Shown: positions 23,269 through 35,365 of the stretch, piece by piece
How the letters are laid out: each line of letters opens with the position of its first letter
How positions within the stretch are numbered: position 1 is the first letter of the stretch
DNA from: Podarcis cretensis
Lineage: Eukaryota
NCBI GenBank assembly: GCA_951804945.1
Contig: OX638154.1
Coordinates: 82,460,001-82,524,000 of the forward strand
Direction of reading: 5' to 3'
Length of the DNA: 64,000 nucleotides
Notes under the pieces: model-generated
The model's database searches: none
The model's input: only the letters and a program-made list of their open reading frames with translations
What the model was told of the DNA's origin: nothing
Program-made: the position numbers and the translations under genes

Positions 23269-24168
23269 ACAGTCTCTCCTTATTTAACCCCCTGCTTCTA
23301 CTTCCCCTCCTTTCCTGTTTGTTTCTCTTGCGTTGAATTTTAGATTGTAAAACACCTCACCTTGTTTCCTCTGTAAACTGCCTGGCACGGTTAACCAATT
23401 AACTAATTAACTAATTAGGGGGGGGAGAGGTAATTGAAATTTCACAAAAGCAAGACCAATAAATCATTTATATATAAAACTGCCTACTCTTTTCCTTCTA
23501 CTTATTGTTGCCTTAAATTACATTCCTTAATGTAATTAGTTTTGAAATAAAATAATAGCACAGTGTTTTTTCGTTTTTTTAAAGCTTCTTTGTGAGTTTG
23601 TTAAAACTCCGTTCATACTGGGAGGATTTCAAAATTATTGCTGTAAAAGTTAAATATGATATTCCTTTGAATTCCTCCCCTCAGTCAGTTAAAGTTTTGA
23701 TTGTATATGTGTGTGTAGTGGGAAGGACTCTATGCTGGCATTCTGAATTCAAAGTCCAAATGTATGGCTACATCTTATTCTATGCTTTATTTTAATAGTC
23801 ATGGTAATAAACATATCAATATGTGTTCCAAGAGATGTATGAAATAAGTGTATAGTTCTACAAAATCAGGCACAATGCTTCCAAAATGACAAACCATTGA
23901 CACTTCTGATGTGATTTTTTTTTTTTTTAAAAATAAGGAGTTAATTAAGTTTAGATGACTGTAATAATTTTACAGATATATCCAGTCTGTTAAGGAGCAT
24001 TAACCTCTGTAAATCTGACAATGAATGATTGTAATCCTTAGTCTGCCGATTGCCATAATCTACACTACTTGGCAAATAAAGCTTGTGCTTCTATTTTAGG
24101 CTGGAGACATTAGGTCAATGGGAAACTGCCTCACCCTGCTTCTTGTACAAAGCCTCTGAGCAAGCAGA

Positions 24169-24672
24169 TCATAGAATTGCAGAGTTGAACAGACCCCAGG
24201 GCAGTGGCGGAGGAAGTCTCCTCGGCACCTGGGGCGGCGTGCCCAGGGGTGGGGTGAACTGCTCCTAGGGACGGGACGGCCTGTGCCTTTCCTATGGGTG
24301 CCACATACGCCGCCCCTTTGGGCGCCAGGCACCCATAGGGATGGGATGGGGCATGCAACACCCTTAGGGACGGAGCGTGCCACAGGGCCCCAGCTGCCCT
24401 ACAGGTGGGGGTAGGCAGCCAGCAGCCAGCGCGGAGCCTGCGGGCACCGAGACTTGTGGCTCGTGCATGCTGCAGGCCCCGTGGTGAGTGCCACCCGCCA
24501 TTTTGTCACCCCGTCAGGTGGCACCTGGGTCAGACCGCACCCCTTTTCCTACGCCCCTGCCCCAGGGGTCATCTAGTCCAACCCCATGCAACACTGGAAT
24601 CTCAGCTAAAGCATCCATGACAGATGACCATCCGTCCTCTGCTTAAAAACCTCCAAGGAAGGAGGTTCACTA
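24169..24672 (-). mobile_element. CR1 LINE 3' end interrupted by a hAT element
   Basis: CATAGAATTGCAGAGTTG...GGTCATCTAGTCCAACCCC...CTCTGCTTAAAAACCTCCAAGGAAGGAG is the reverse complement of the CR1 3' end seen at 46200-46358. Confidence 0.88.
24202..24559. mobile_element. GC-rich non-autonomous hAT element
   Basis: TIRs CAGTGGCGGAGGA / TCCTACGCCCCTG. Perfect 8-bp TSD CCCCAGGG (24194-24201 and 24560-24567). Confidence 0.92.
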
Positions 24673-24972
24673 TGTCTGTTTTGAGTTAACACTGGACTGT
24701 AAATCCAGCATCTCCATGAAGCTTCCTGAGATGTCCCAGGGACAAGGGAAGGAATAGAAGGAATAGAATGTCAACAGCCCTGCCAAAGGCCTGGTTGCGA
24801 AGGGAACAGTGTTAAAGTACGACAAATGGCCTGGGCACTGTGGGGCACCCCGAGGTAATTTTGGGAGAGTAGTTATCAGTATGGCACCATGTTTTACATC
24901 CCATGAAGTGTAACCTTTCTTGAGTATGTAGAATAATATTTTGAAGTTTTATGACTCTTTGAAACCGGTATA

Positions 24973-25252
24973 CAGTAGTGCCTCGCAAGACGAAATTAAT
25001 CCGTTCCACGAGTCTCTTCGTCTTGCGGTTTTTTCGTCTTGCGAAGCACGGCTATTAGCGGCTATTAACGGCTTAGCGGCTATTAACGGCTTAGCGGCTT
25101 TAAGAAAAAGGAAACAAACTCGCAAGACGTTTCGTCTTGCGAAGCAAGCCCATAGGGAAATTCGTCTTGCGGAACGACTCAAAAAAACGGAAAACTCTTT
25201 TGTCTTGCGCGTTTTTCGTCTTGCGAGGCATTCGTCTTGCGAGGTACCACTG
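24973..25252. mobile_element. Tc1/mariner (Tigger-like) MITE with internal CGTCTTGCG repeats
   Basis: TIRs CAGTAGTGCCTCGCAAGACGAA / TTCGTCTTGCGAGGTACCACTG. TA TSD. Confidence 0.93.
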
Positions 25253-27551
25253 TATAAGCTTTGTTCTAATGTGCCTCAGGGCAGTCTTTCTAACTAGCAG
25301 TTTGTTTTTTTCTTTTTTCCCCCCTCAGGAGTTTTTGTCACAGGAGGATGTGTGTGGAGGGTTTGCCTAGGGAAAAATGGCTCCCAAATGAGCCCCCTTT
25401 GATGGTTGCCACATAGACTGGATTGAAACAGACTTTTCTTTCTTGTATTTGGATGTTTGTGTGGTAAACCACCTTATCAATAACAAGTCAATAACCCCAA
25501 GGTGGGGAATGTTAGTGGTATGACTGAAGGTAACCTTCTTTCAGGTAAAGTTGTGTGGAAATGGGCAGATCAACCCTTTTTCTTACACCCAGGATCGTCA
25601 AGTGTGGCACTCCTTGAATGTTGACCACAGAGGGAAGCTGAAGAAAATCTTCACTGGTGTAACTCAGAGGAAATACTCAAGGCTGTGAAATCTGCTTCTG
25701 CCTTGAAGTGGGTCAGGTGAGGATCCCAGTCTTAGGGCTGATCCTTAAGATCACAAAAGAGCAGGATATTTACTAGCAGTTTGTTGAATCACTGGCACTT
25801 CATCTGCAAACATGCTTAGTCGTCCCTCAGTAAAAAGAGAACATTAACATTTTACATGTTACAGGATGTTGATTGTGCTCCCAGGACAGAGACCCCTGTT
25901 TGCCTAAAACCTGTTCAGTCTACTGGCAATTTCTCAGTGACAACCACATGCTGCTCCATCCATATGTAATCTTGTGCCAGGAAAGGCTACTTTCCTAAAA
26001 GGGAGGTAGACGAGTTGCCATTTTCCAGTATAAAAATAACTGGCTACATGGATTCTCCTGCGAAGGCAATTATGGACCTTCCAAAGGATTTCTACCGTGG
26101 ATGTGTAATATAATTGTCCTCACTTTGTGTGAGCAGACATTACACACAGCCAGTATCTGGCTTGGATCTGTGTCCAACATGGTAAAAGGCTTGGCTCGGT
26201 AACATGGGGACAGAGGGAAGGGAGCGATTCTCAACTGAGGCAGAAGGCAGGACATGAAGGAGGCAGAAAGCAAAGCTGAGGGAGAGGAAAAAGGCAGAAA
26301 CTGGGGGCTTTTGACAGCTCTGGCTGGAGTTGTTTAGGCTGCAAGTAGCAGCTTGTCTCTGTTCAGGGTAATACTTCTCCTTCAGCAACATGCAGCACCT
26401 TAAAATACCTGACAGTAGGATGCCCTTGTGCCATTAGTATTTGATATTTCAAAAACATGGTGCAGAGCAGAGTTAAGGCACAGATTAAATGACAATTTGG
26501 AAAAAAGGATGAAGCTTTGAAAGAGAAAGCCAATCCAAAATGAAGCAATATTTCTACACTTTTTAAAAACTTTGGCTGTTAAGTAAGATCTCCAGAGCCA
26601 ATCCTTTAAGTGAATCAGTAGTTGGGAAATCTTTAAAATTGACAAGTGCTGATTGTAATAATGATTGTAAAGTAATACATTGCATTTTAATTCCCTCCCC
26701 TCCTTATTTTCCTGGGTTGTAGCTCAGTGAAGAGCCAGATCACATATGTTTGCACATCACTTACTGATTTGTTGCACCAAGCAATGACTTGCATGTGTGC
26801 CATCCCAGTTTAAGAATGACGGAATATTTGTGCCACCCAATGTTAATTCAAATACAATAATTTCCAATGGACACAGATCACACATTTTCCTCAGAATCTT
26901 AATTGAGAGAGATCATGTTGTGAGCAGCTGTGTGAGAATTAGCTGTTTCCTTATTTCTCTTTTCCAGAGTCAAATGGTTCTAAGGCAGGTTCTTCTGTGT
27001 TTTATTGAGATTTTCTCTCCCTTTTACTGTCTCCTGCTGCAGTAGTGCTATCCTGTTGACCGCTAAAAGCAGGAATTACACATTTTTAATATCCTTGCAA
27101 TTTGTTATTTAAATTATCTGACCTCTGTTGTCTTAATGAGCTTAACAGGATTATTTTTCCACTTGAACATTTTCTACTGGTAGGAAATTCCCCCCGAAGG
27201 ATTACTTGTGTGCCGTCTTCCTATGTAGCACTATTAATGTTGATGACCAAAAGATGGCAGCACTATTTCCATTGTCATTGCCCTTCTGCTTTTCTGTATA
27301 TATACTATTAAAGAAGAACCCAGATACAACAAAGCTCCCACCAATGACCAACAAGAAGGGAGTAGCTAAACTTGTGAGCTGTGCATTTCAACTGCTTAGA
27401 GCACTTAGACCTATACATTGCTGGATAATGTATTAAAGACTTCATTTAAAACCATTGCATGTTACATTATATACAGAATTGTTGTACCACCTTTTTTTTG
27501 TGGGTAAAATTAGCATGGAAAGAAAGAAAAAAATATAGCAATTTTTCTTTA

Positions 27552-27929
27552 AAGGTAAAGGTAAGGTAAAGGTACCCCTGCCCGTACGGGCCAGTCTTGA
27601 CAGACTCTGGGGTTGTGCGCCCATCTCACTTAAGAGGCCAGGGGCCAGCGCTGTCCGGAGACACTTCCGGGTCACGTGGCCAGCGTGACATCGCTGCTCT
27701 GGCCAGAGCCAGAGCCAGAGCCGCACACGGAAACGCCGTTTACCTTCCCGCTGGTAAGCGGTCCCTATTTATCTACTTGCACCCGGAGGTGCTTTCGAAC
27801 TGCTAGGTTGGCAGGCGCTGGGACCGAGCAGCGGGAGCGCACCCCGCCTCAGGGATTCGAACCGCCGACCTTTCGATCGGCAAGCCCTAGGCGCTGAGGC
27901 TTTAACCCACAGCGCCACCTGCGTCCCTG
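27552..27929 (-). mobile_element. Sauria SINE, full length, divergent CpG-rich subfamily
   Basis: 12-bp TSD AATTTTTCTTTA (27540-27551 and 27930-27941). Intact A/B boxes and (ACCTTT)n tail. Confidence 0.96.
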
Positions 27930-28244
27930 AATTTTTCTTTAGTGGTCTACAATTCTCTTGTGAACCTATGATTTGACAAGTAATAACCATTTCACTTTTT
28001 AAAAGTCATTTTGGGGAACCTGTCACCCTCCATATGTTATTAGACTCCTATCATCTCTGACCATTAGTCATGCTGGCTGGGGCTGACGGGGAATCCAGCA
28101 ACATCTTTAGTGCTACAGGTTCTCCTCTCCTGCTTTTTAGAGGTTGCAGTTAGATACACATCTCTTTTACAAGTCTGATGTGGGCTTAATCTGAGCCAAG
28201 TCACCTGGGTGCTTGATTTGCTATGATGTTTCAAAGGGCTTCCC

Positions 28245-28380
28245 CAGGCACCCCCAATCTGCGGCCCTCCAGATGTTTTGGCCTATAACTCCCATGATCC
28301 CTAGCTAACAGGACCAGTAGTCAGGGATGATGGGAATTGTAGTCCAAAACATCTGGAGGGCCGAGGGTTGGCGATGCCTG
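28245..28380. mobile_element. Palindromic hAT MITE
   Basis: Ends CAGGCA / TGCCTG, arms GGCCCTCCAGATGTTTTGG. TSD GGCTTCCC / GGCTACCC. Confidence 0.92.
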
Positions 28381-30136
28381 GGCTACCCCAAGATAGTTTG
28401 CAACCTGAGGAAGAACTCGAAACAGAGCCCATCCAAAATCCAAAGCTGGTCAAGTTGTTTTGGTACCTGATCCAGAAAATCCCGCAAGTGCCTTATCTTG
28501 TAATTAAAAATATAATATTTGTTGTTGTTGTAGATGATGATGATGTAAAAATGCTTACCTTTCATGGGCCTCACACTGCATAATGGGATGACTTGCCTCC
28601 CAACAAAGAAGACCTTCCAAAAAAGTATTCTACCATGATTTCCAAATACTGATACTCTCCTGACCACTGATAAAATGCAAAGAAGGACAGGGCTCTTGCA
28701 CTGTTAATAATGGAATGAAGGAAATTTTATCAGGAAGGTTTTTTCCTTGCCTGGCCTGACAATCTTATCTATTGTGTTTCCCTCTACTCTACAACTTTTA
28801 AACATACATGCACCCCATTTTCCTTTGCATCTGGTCATCCTAACCCCTAACTATGGAGCAGTTCAATGTCATACATGTATTTCTACACATATGAAGACTT
28901 CAAATTAGTATAAGGTGATGGTTTTGCTTTCACTGTTCCCTCCCCGCAAATTGAGACCAAAGCTATACTTAGCCATACCTTCCTCTCATGCATAATTTGC
29001 ATTTTTAGAGAAACAATTTTAGAGAAACGGGGGGGGGGGGGGAGGCGGTAGTTATTGTTTCATAAACGTAATAACTAAAAACTTTCTAGTGTGGCTGATC
29101 AACCATTCCTTGCCCTCTCCTGGAGTGAGTGATAATAAAGCACATTATATTTGTTGAAAATTCGAGGACACTCTTGAGTAACGTGAAACACACTGTCCCA
29201 CTGGGGCTGAATGAACTTGTTTCCTTTGTAGCTTCAACCCCACTTGACCTGGGAGAGAAGCCATGATGATGAATGAATGCTGGCTTCCTAAATGGCAAAG
29301 CAAAACACTCACACTACTGCTCAGCTGCCAGTTTGCTTAGCCACCATAGTTAGCATTAACAGCAGCAGATCTAACCTACATATGGAGTACCAAAGAACAT
29401 TTCCAGAAGGCACTTCCTTATAGCTGCTTCTCTTGCCCGCCCCCCCCCCCCCCCGGCTCCGTCGTCTTCTTTTTAAATCTAATTGAAAGATAGCGTCTCG
29501 AGGTGATGACAAAAAGGCATATATCTGACCAGCACTAGATAGTCTTTCCTCAGCTCCGGATACGACTTCTGTAATGCACAAAGCAGCAATAGAGTGTCAG
29601 CTCCGAAGCAAAGTTTACGATGTTTTTGAAGATTGTGTTAGTTCCTGTCAAAGTTAACTTAGAAAATGGCCACAGCGTGGCACGGTATGTTGAGATGTTA
29701 GTTTATAGATCCTTGGTGGAGCTTGTTCCAGAATTGGTAATATATGGGACGTGGGAGATCAAATGAAAGGAAGGATTTTTTTCTGTTTTATTAAAAAAAT
29801 GATTAAAGAGTTGCAGCATTGTTTTGTTCCTTTTCTACCAGCCAGACAAATGGCTAAGAAAGTGGCTGCTGACCTATGTATAACAAATAGGGAAATAAGG
29901 AATAACTGGGCTCTATCAGGATCTTGAGTCATTATGGGGAAACGAAGATGGTGCTGATCTTGCTAGTTTGCCAAGTACCAGTTTCACTACTAATGCCCAC
30001 CATTGCCTGGTAAGCCTACTTGAGGCCTTGCTGTGGTCACCTTGCCCATGGCCCCCTCCAACCCAATGTGAGTGCTGGTACCACTGAGCTTCACTGTTCT
30101 GATTTTCTATGGATAATTCAGTCCGCACAGCATGAA

Positions 30137-30263
30137 CACTGCTATTTTTCTAAAAAAAGAAGAGGTGCCGGAACTCACCATGGGCACCTCCCTCGTTGTC
30201 TTAGAATGGAGCACACCTGAGAGATGCTGGAACTAAGTTCTGGCTAACAAAAAAAAAGCCCTG
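30137..30263. mobile_element. Short hAT-like element, copy 1 of 3
   Basis: Ends CACTGCTATTTTTCTA / AAAAAAAGCCCTG. TSD-like AGCATGAA / AGCATGGG. Internal GGTGCCGGAACTC. Confidence 0.8.
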
Positions 30264-30295
30264 AGCATGGGATCAAGCCTCATATTAGGCAAAAA

Positions 30296-30368
30296 ACTCC
30301 TGTATTGCAGGGCGTTGGACTAGATGACCCTTGTAGCCCTTCCAATTCTACAATTTTATGATTCTATG
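30296..30368 (+). mobile_element. CR1-type 3' tail
   Basis: GTTGGACTAGATGACCCTT...CCTTCCAATTCTACAATTTTATGATTCTATG. Confidence 0.85.
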
Positions 30369-30483
30369 CAATGCTATTTTTCAAGAAAAAGAGATGCCGG
30401 AACTCACCACGAAAGCCTCTCATAATGGCAATAGTATCCACCTGAGTTCCGGCGAGTTCCGGCTGTTAAAAAAAAAAGCCCTT
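30369..30483. mobile_element. Short hAT-like element, copy 2 of 3
   Basis: CAATGCTATTTTTCAAGAAAAAGAGATGCCGGAACTCACCA...AAAAAAAGCCCT. Confidence 0.8.
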
Positions 30484-31154
30484 TTTCTATAGCAGGCAAA
30501 GAAGCATAGCAGCAGCTTGTTTTCCCACAGCCTCAGAGGTAGGCAGAACCTGCAATTTGCAATCCAGTCAGCTGAAAAATAAAAGAGATTAAAATTGCAG
30601 GTAATTTAGTTAAAATGATGGTATCTCACCTGCTCAAGATGGCTAATAAGTCAAAACACCAAGAATGATGGTCTGCATCGCCTGCTGTATATTTGCTCCT
30701 GCAACAGACTTCCTCTTTCTGCAAAGGAACCTCCTCTTCCTCTCCACCCCCTAAGTGCCCTCAAAAGCAGCTACAGAGGGCTGGAGGACTCTCCGGAGAA
30801 GATATGAGGTGTGGGGTGGAGAGAAAATGGAAGTCCTGTTGCACATTGGATACAGTAGAGTATTTCAGATGCAAAAGAATCTCCAGGTTAAACTCAGTCA
30901 TAAACCAACCCCAGGAACTCTTGACAAAGTGAAGAAGCAAGTGTGATTATTCCTGGCATGCATACCTGAGAGGGTTCACATCTTGTAAAGTAAAATTATT
31001 ATTATTTTATTTATTATTATTATTATTATTATGTGTGTGGAGGGCTGAGGTTAAGCAGCTTGCCTCAAGTCATGTTTTTGGCAGAAGTAGTAGTTTAACC
31101 CAGAGTCTTCCTGGTTCACTAAATAACCCTAGTACTAATTTACAATAGTAAAAT

Positions 31155-31261
31155 CAGGGCTTTTTTTTCACCTCTAAGGTGGGCGCCATTGCCATTCTAA
31201 GAGAATGAGGGTGGTGTTTGTGGTGAGTTGCGGCGCCTCTTTTTCTAGAAAAATAGCACTG
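31155..31261. mobile_element. Short hAT-like element, copy 3 of 3, opposite orientation
   Basis: Ends CAGGGCTTTTTTT / AAAAATAGCACTG. TSD AGTAAAAT / AGCAAAAT. Confidence 0.85.
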
Positions 31262-31939
31262 AGCAAAATACTATATGAGTAAACAAGTCTGTTTAAAGCT
31301 TCGTGGCGATGTGTGTGGGGGGATTAAACGCAGTGTGCCTGATATCTTTTAAGAGAGTTTAATGGATTCAACTAATGGTTGAGAAGGAACTGTAATTGGG
31401 GGGCCTATCTAGTAGTTGATTTCTGGATCTTGTCACGCCAGGTAAGTAGACTGATTTTTATAGCCTATACAGTATTCCCGAGGGGAGCAAATTCTGAAGA
31501 AAAGGGTTCCAGGCGACTGAGCGTGTTCCATTTGGTTCACTTTGCTGGAATTACTGTGAACCAGTAACTGAAATCTACTCTAATGAAAAAGCTTTAGGGG
31601 CTCACTTCGCAGCTACCAGAACTGAAGGCGCTGTGGAGAATAGAAGATGGAAGTCAAAGAAACCAAAACAGCTTTCCTTAAGCTTTCTTTCTGAATCAGT
31701 AACTTGCTTGTTTTTTTCCTGTTTTAATGCAGTGTGTGTTTGTCTCTGTAAAATCATAGGCAATATAAAAATAGTGGGGTTGGGGGGTTGGGGTGATATT
31801 CTCATCCTAAGTGTGAGGAAGAAAATTGATTATTAAAGGCCTCCACTGTCTTTTTATCAGAGAGAGAACAAACGTAAGCAGTGCAATGCTTAAAACAAGG
31901 AGAAGGCAGAAAGTAGGTCCCCCATTAAAAGTCTTCCCT

Positions 31940-32304
31940 CAGCTTCCAAGTGTCCCTATTTTCAAGGATTTACAGAAGCCACCCAGGTTTTTGATTTGAT
32001 CCCGGAATGTCCTGCTTTTCCTTAGGATGGCCCTGTTTTCATCACAGAAATGTTGGAGGGTATGGAGTTATGCAACCCCTGAGCCAAGGAGATAAGTAAA
32101 CAATACAACCAGGCATCTGAAGACAGCCCTGTATAGGGGAAGTTTAGTTTTTAAAAAATGTTTACTTGCTTTATTAGGTTTTATATATATTGGAAGCCAC
32201 CCATAGCAGCTGGAGCAACCCAGTCAGATGGGTGGGGCATAAGTAATAAAAGTATTATTATTATGGAACAGGACATCCCTATTGGAGAAATGTTGGAGTG
32301 TATG
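31940..32304. mobile_element. Composite hAT-like element with duplicated right terminus enclosing an L2 3' end
   Basis: GAAATGTTGGAG(G/T)GTATG occurs at 32047-32064 and 32287-32304. L2 3' end (CATCTGAAGACAGCCCTG...CCCAGTCAGATGGGTGGGG, ATT tail) at about 32111-32263. Confidence 0.65.
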
Positions 32305-33578
32305 CTGGTGGCCCTAGATAAGCCATTATCTTTCCCCATTAGCCTGTAAAAATTTTTTTTTGGGGGGGGGCAGGGGCTGAGACAGTGCAAGTTGTAAGGA
32401 ACTGGCGCCTTTAGGTAAAGTTTGCTAACAAGGACATCATTTTATTTTATTTTCCCCCTCATGTCATCAAAATTAAGGAGTTACCAGGAGGCCTTTCAGC
32501 CTCTGGGGTTTTTTTTTACATTTATTAATGTGTAATTGTTTTGGTCTTCTCATTCTTGGCATGATCTGTCTGCTTTCAAGCATCTCGTGCAAATAGTTTC
32601 CCTGTTAACATATCTGAGCTTTTGATGTTTATTTGGGTAATCTGTTTAATAGAAAGAGCTGTATTTTTTCCCATCTGAAGAAAGCAGAATCTACCTCTGT
32701 TATTCCCCCCCCCTCCTGTTCTTGCATCTATTTTTAACACCTTAAAAACATGCTAAGTAGGAAACTGGAAGGATCAAACAAAAGTCACTTCATGGGAAAA
32801 TAACAGTGTTAATAGAAAACTAGGAACAATCTAGATATAGCAGGTGTTAAGGTTGCTCACTGGGCCTTATCTTTCTCCCCATTTGAGCATGCTCATTATT
32901 GTTGTAATATTGATCATACACTTGTTTTAACAGTGTTTATATCGTGTTTGTGAGGGATAGGCAATACATGGTTGGCAGGCCTCAGAACAATTCCATGGAG
33001 CCAGCAGACACTTATTTGAAACTGAAAATCTTCACTTAATGAAAGTGAGTGTGCAGTCCTGATGTATTCACAAATGTAATGGCAAAGCTCAATAATATAA
33101 TTTTTTAAAAAAATCTTCAATATATATATCTATATCTAAATTAGAATCAGAGTATTGCAGAACAAGTGAAATAGCTACATTTCAACCCCTGCCATGTACA
33201 TGAGAATGATGTACATGTTATGTTAATTTAAAGCCACCAAATGAGCAGAATTAATACACTTCACAAACATTTTGACTATCGTAATTTACACAGGTGTTTG
33301 ATTTGCAAAACCCCATTGTCAAAAACTCTTGCTCATGCCAAATACATCATCTTTTCTCTTTAAAAATGGATTTGTTTGTCTTTGCCAGCTCTTAATGTGA
33401 GCTTTGTGGCTGTTATTTTGTTTTTTACCCAATCTTTCGGCAAGTCGTTATTAAAGGGTATTCCTCCACCTGGCTCCAAGAAACAGAAAAGAAATGGAGT
33501 GGATATAGCTCCCACAACTTTCAAGCATGAGTGATAGTCCTTAATTTGGAAATAGGTGGTGGCTATGAGCTTTCCATA

Positions 33579-33928
33579 GGGACGCGGGTGGCGCTGTGGG
33601 TTAAACCACAGAGCCCAGGACATGCCGATCAGAAGGTCGGTGGTTCGAATCCCCGCAATGGGGTGAGCTCCTGTTGCTTGGTCCCTGCTCCTGCTAACCT
33701 AGCAATTTGAAAGCACGTCAAAATGCAAGTAGATAAATAGGTACCGCTCCGGCAGGAAGGTAAACGGCGTTTCCATGCGCTGCTCTGGTTTGCCAGAAGC
33801 GGCTTTGTCATGCTGGCCACATGACCCGGAAGCTGTACGCCGGCTTCCTCGGCCAATAAAGCGAGATGAGCACCGCAACCCCAGAGTTGGTCACTACTGG
33901 ACCTAATGGTCAGGGGTCCCTTTACCTT
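33579..33928 (+). mobile_element. Sauria SINE, full length
   Basis: 15-bp TSD TATGAGCTTTCCATA (33564-33578 and 33929-33943). Intact head and tail. Confidence 0.97.
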
Positions 33929-35284
33929 TATGAGCTTTCCATAGCCCTCACCACACTGCTTCCTGGTTTACTTGAAGTTCTAGTAGCCTCCCAGAGCACA
34001 TTCTCTGCCCAGGCCACAGTTTCTCCCCTCTAACACCACCATGGTTTCTACACACATGACTTCCTGCATGGCTGCCTGGTTTGCCTATGTGTGTGTTTGC
34101 ATGATGAGTACACCAGCCAGCTGGCCATATTCTTCATCAGGGTGGCTGCAGCTGCAGCAATAGCTGTTTGGGGCGTGGCAGAAGGCAAAAATTGATGGGC
34201 TTCCTGTTGCAGCAAAGAATTTCTTCCCTTCTCTAAGCACTAGGTTGATCAGCAAATGTAGGTTTGTGAACTCAGGCCAGGGAGGTCTCCTCAGCAGCAA
34301 CAGCCTTGATAACCTGCTACCAATTTGAAAATGGCACCAGAAGTTATTGTAAATGAGAAGATGATCATGAAGCATGTAAGTTCCTTTTCCCATTTCCTGC
34401 AAAATATACAAAACAGGCTTCTGAGATCTTAGTAAGTTGCTGCTTAGTAAAACTGAGATTGAGCTCCAAGGTCTATATCAAGTAGAGCCATGGAGTCTAG
34501 GCGTGCTTGCATGGGTGTAAATTACACTGTATTCAATAGGACTTCAGTATCCAGAGGGTCACACCCTCACCTACATTTCAGCCAGTTTAATCCCTTTTAA
34601 GAATAAAAACTGATGAAATAAAAATGAATACAGTACAATATGCACCATGTCTTTTGTTCAAGGCTAGACTCCCAAGCTATGTGGAATCAAAGATTCCTCT
34701 CTGTTACACACAAGAAGGGAGTCATCTCAGTGGAAGTCAGGGTTAGAAATTGAGGTGGCCACAAAACTGCAACAATTTATAATATAGCCATATTTTAAGA
34801 CATTTGAAAAGGGTAATAAATAATAAATTTCATAGCCACCTGTGAAAAAATAGGGCTTTCAGCCATTTTGTGTTTGGTTTTTGATTGCATAACAGTTGCT
34901 TTTTGCTTTATGGTGTTTTATACGATTAGGTCTGATGCCTTGTTATTCATTCAGCACTTTTAATGCCACATCAGTATTGGGAGTAGTTTGGGCCAGGTCC
35001 AGAAGATTAGAAGACTGACTAGCAGATACAGCCTGATAAAAATAAAGATGCCCATTTAAGAAGAATGAGGGGTTTGGTCTGTCTAATGTTGTTCCCTCTC
35101 TTCCTACACATGGTGCAGGCTGCAGCAGATAATCTCTGTTTTTGTGATCTTGATACTGTTTTATTATTACCTTTGTGCCCCATCCAAGGGTTTCTGGGCA
35201 GTATACATGGGACTATTCTTTTTGTCCTATACAAGGAGGTAGATTAGAATGAGAAGCACTATAGTTAGTTCAAAGTGAACGAAT

Positions 35285-35365
35285 AAGCCTCATGGCTGAA
35301 TGGAGATTTGAATCAAGAACCACCAGTCCAAGTCCAACCCTCTGACCATTGCACCACAGTGTCTT
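35285..35365 (-). mobile_element. Degraded Squam3/MIR-like SINE head
   Basis: GGAGATTTGAATC (reverse B box) ... GACCATTGCACCACA (reverse A box). Confidence 0.55.

Noticed and set aside
24202-24559. CpG island or promoter
   Set aside because: The GC-rich stretch is exactly bounded by TIRs and an 8-bp TSD.
24973-25252. CRISPR-like repeat-spacer array
   Set aside because: Repeats are only 9-11 bp, irregularly spaced, in both orientations and inside a TA-flanked MITE in a vertebrate genome.
25300-25550. Strong plus-strand acceptor TTTTTTCCCCCCTCAG as a coding exon
   Set aside because: All three frames stop before the nearest donor-like sites.
29503-29529. C/D box pair GTGATGA...CTGA
   Set aside because: Too short for a snoRNA.
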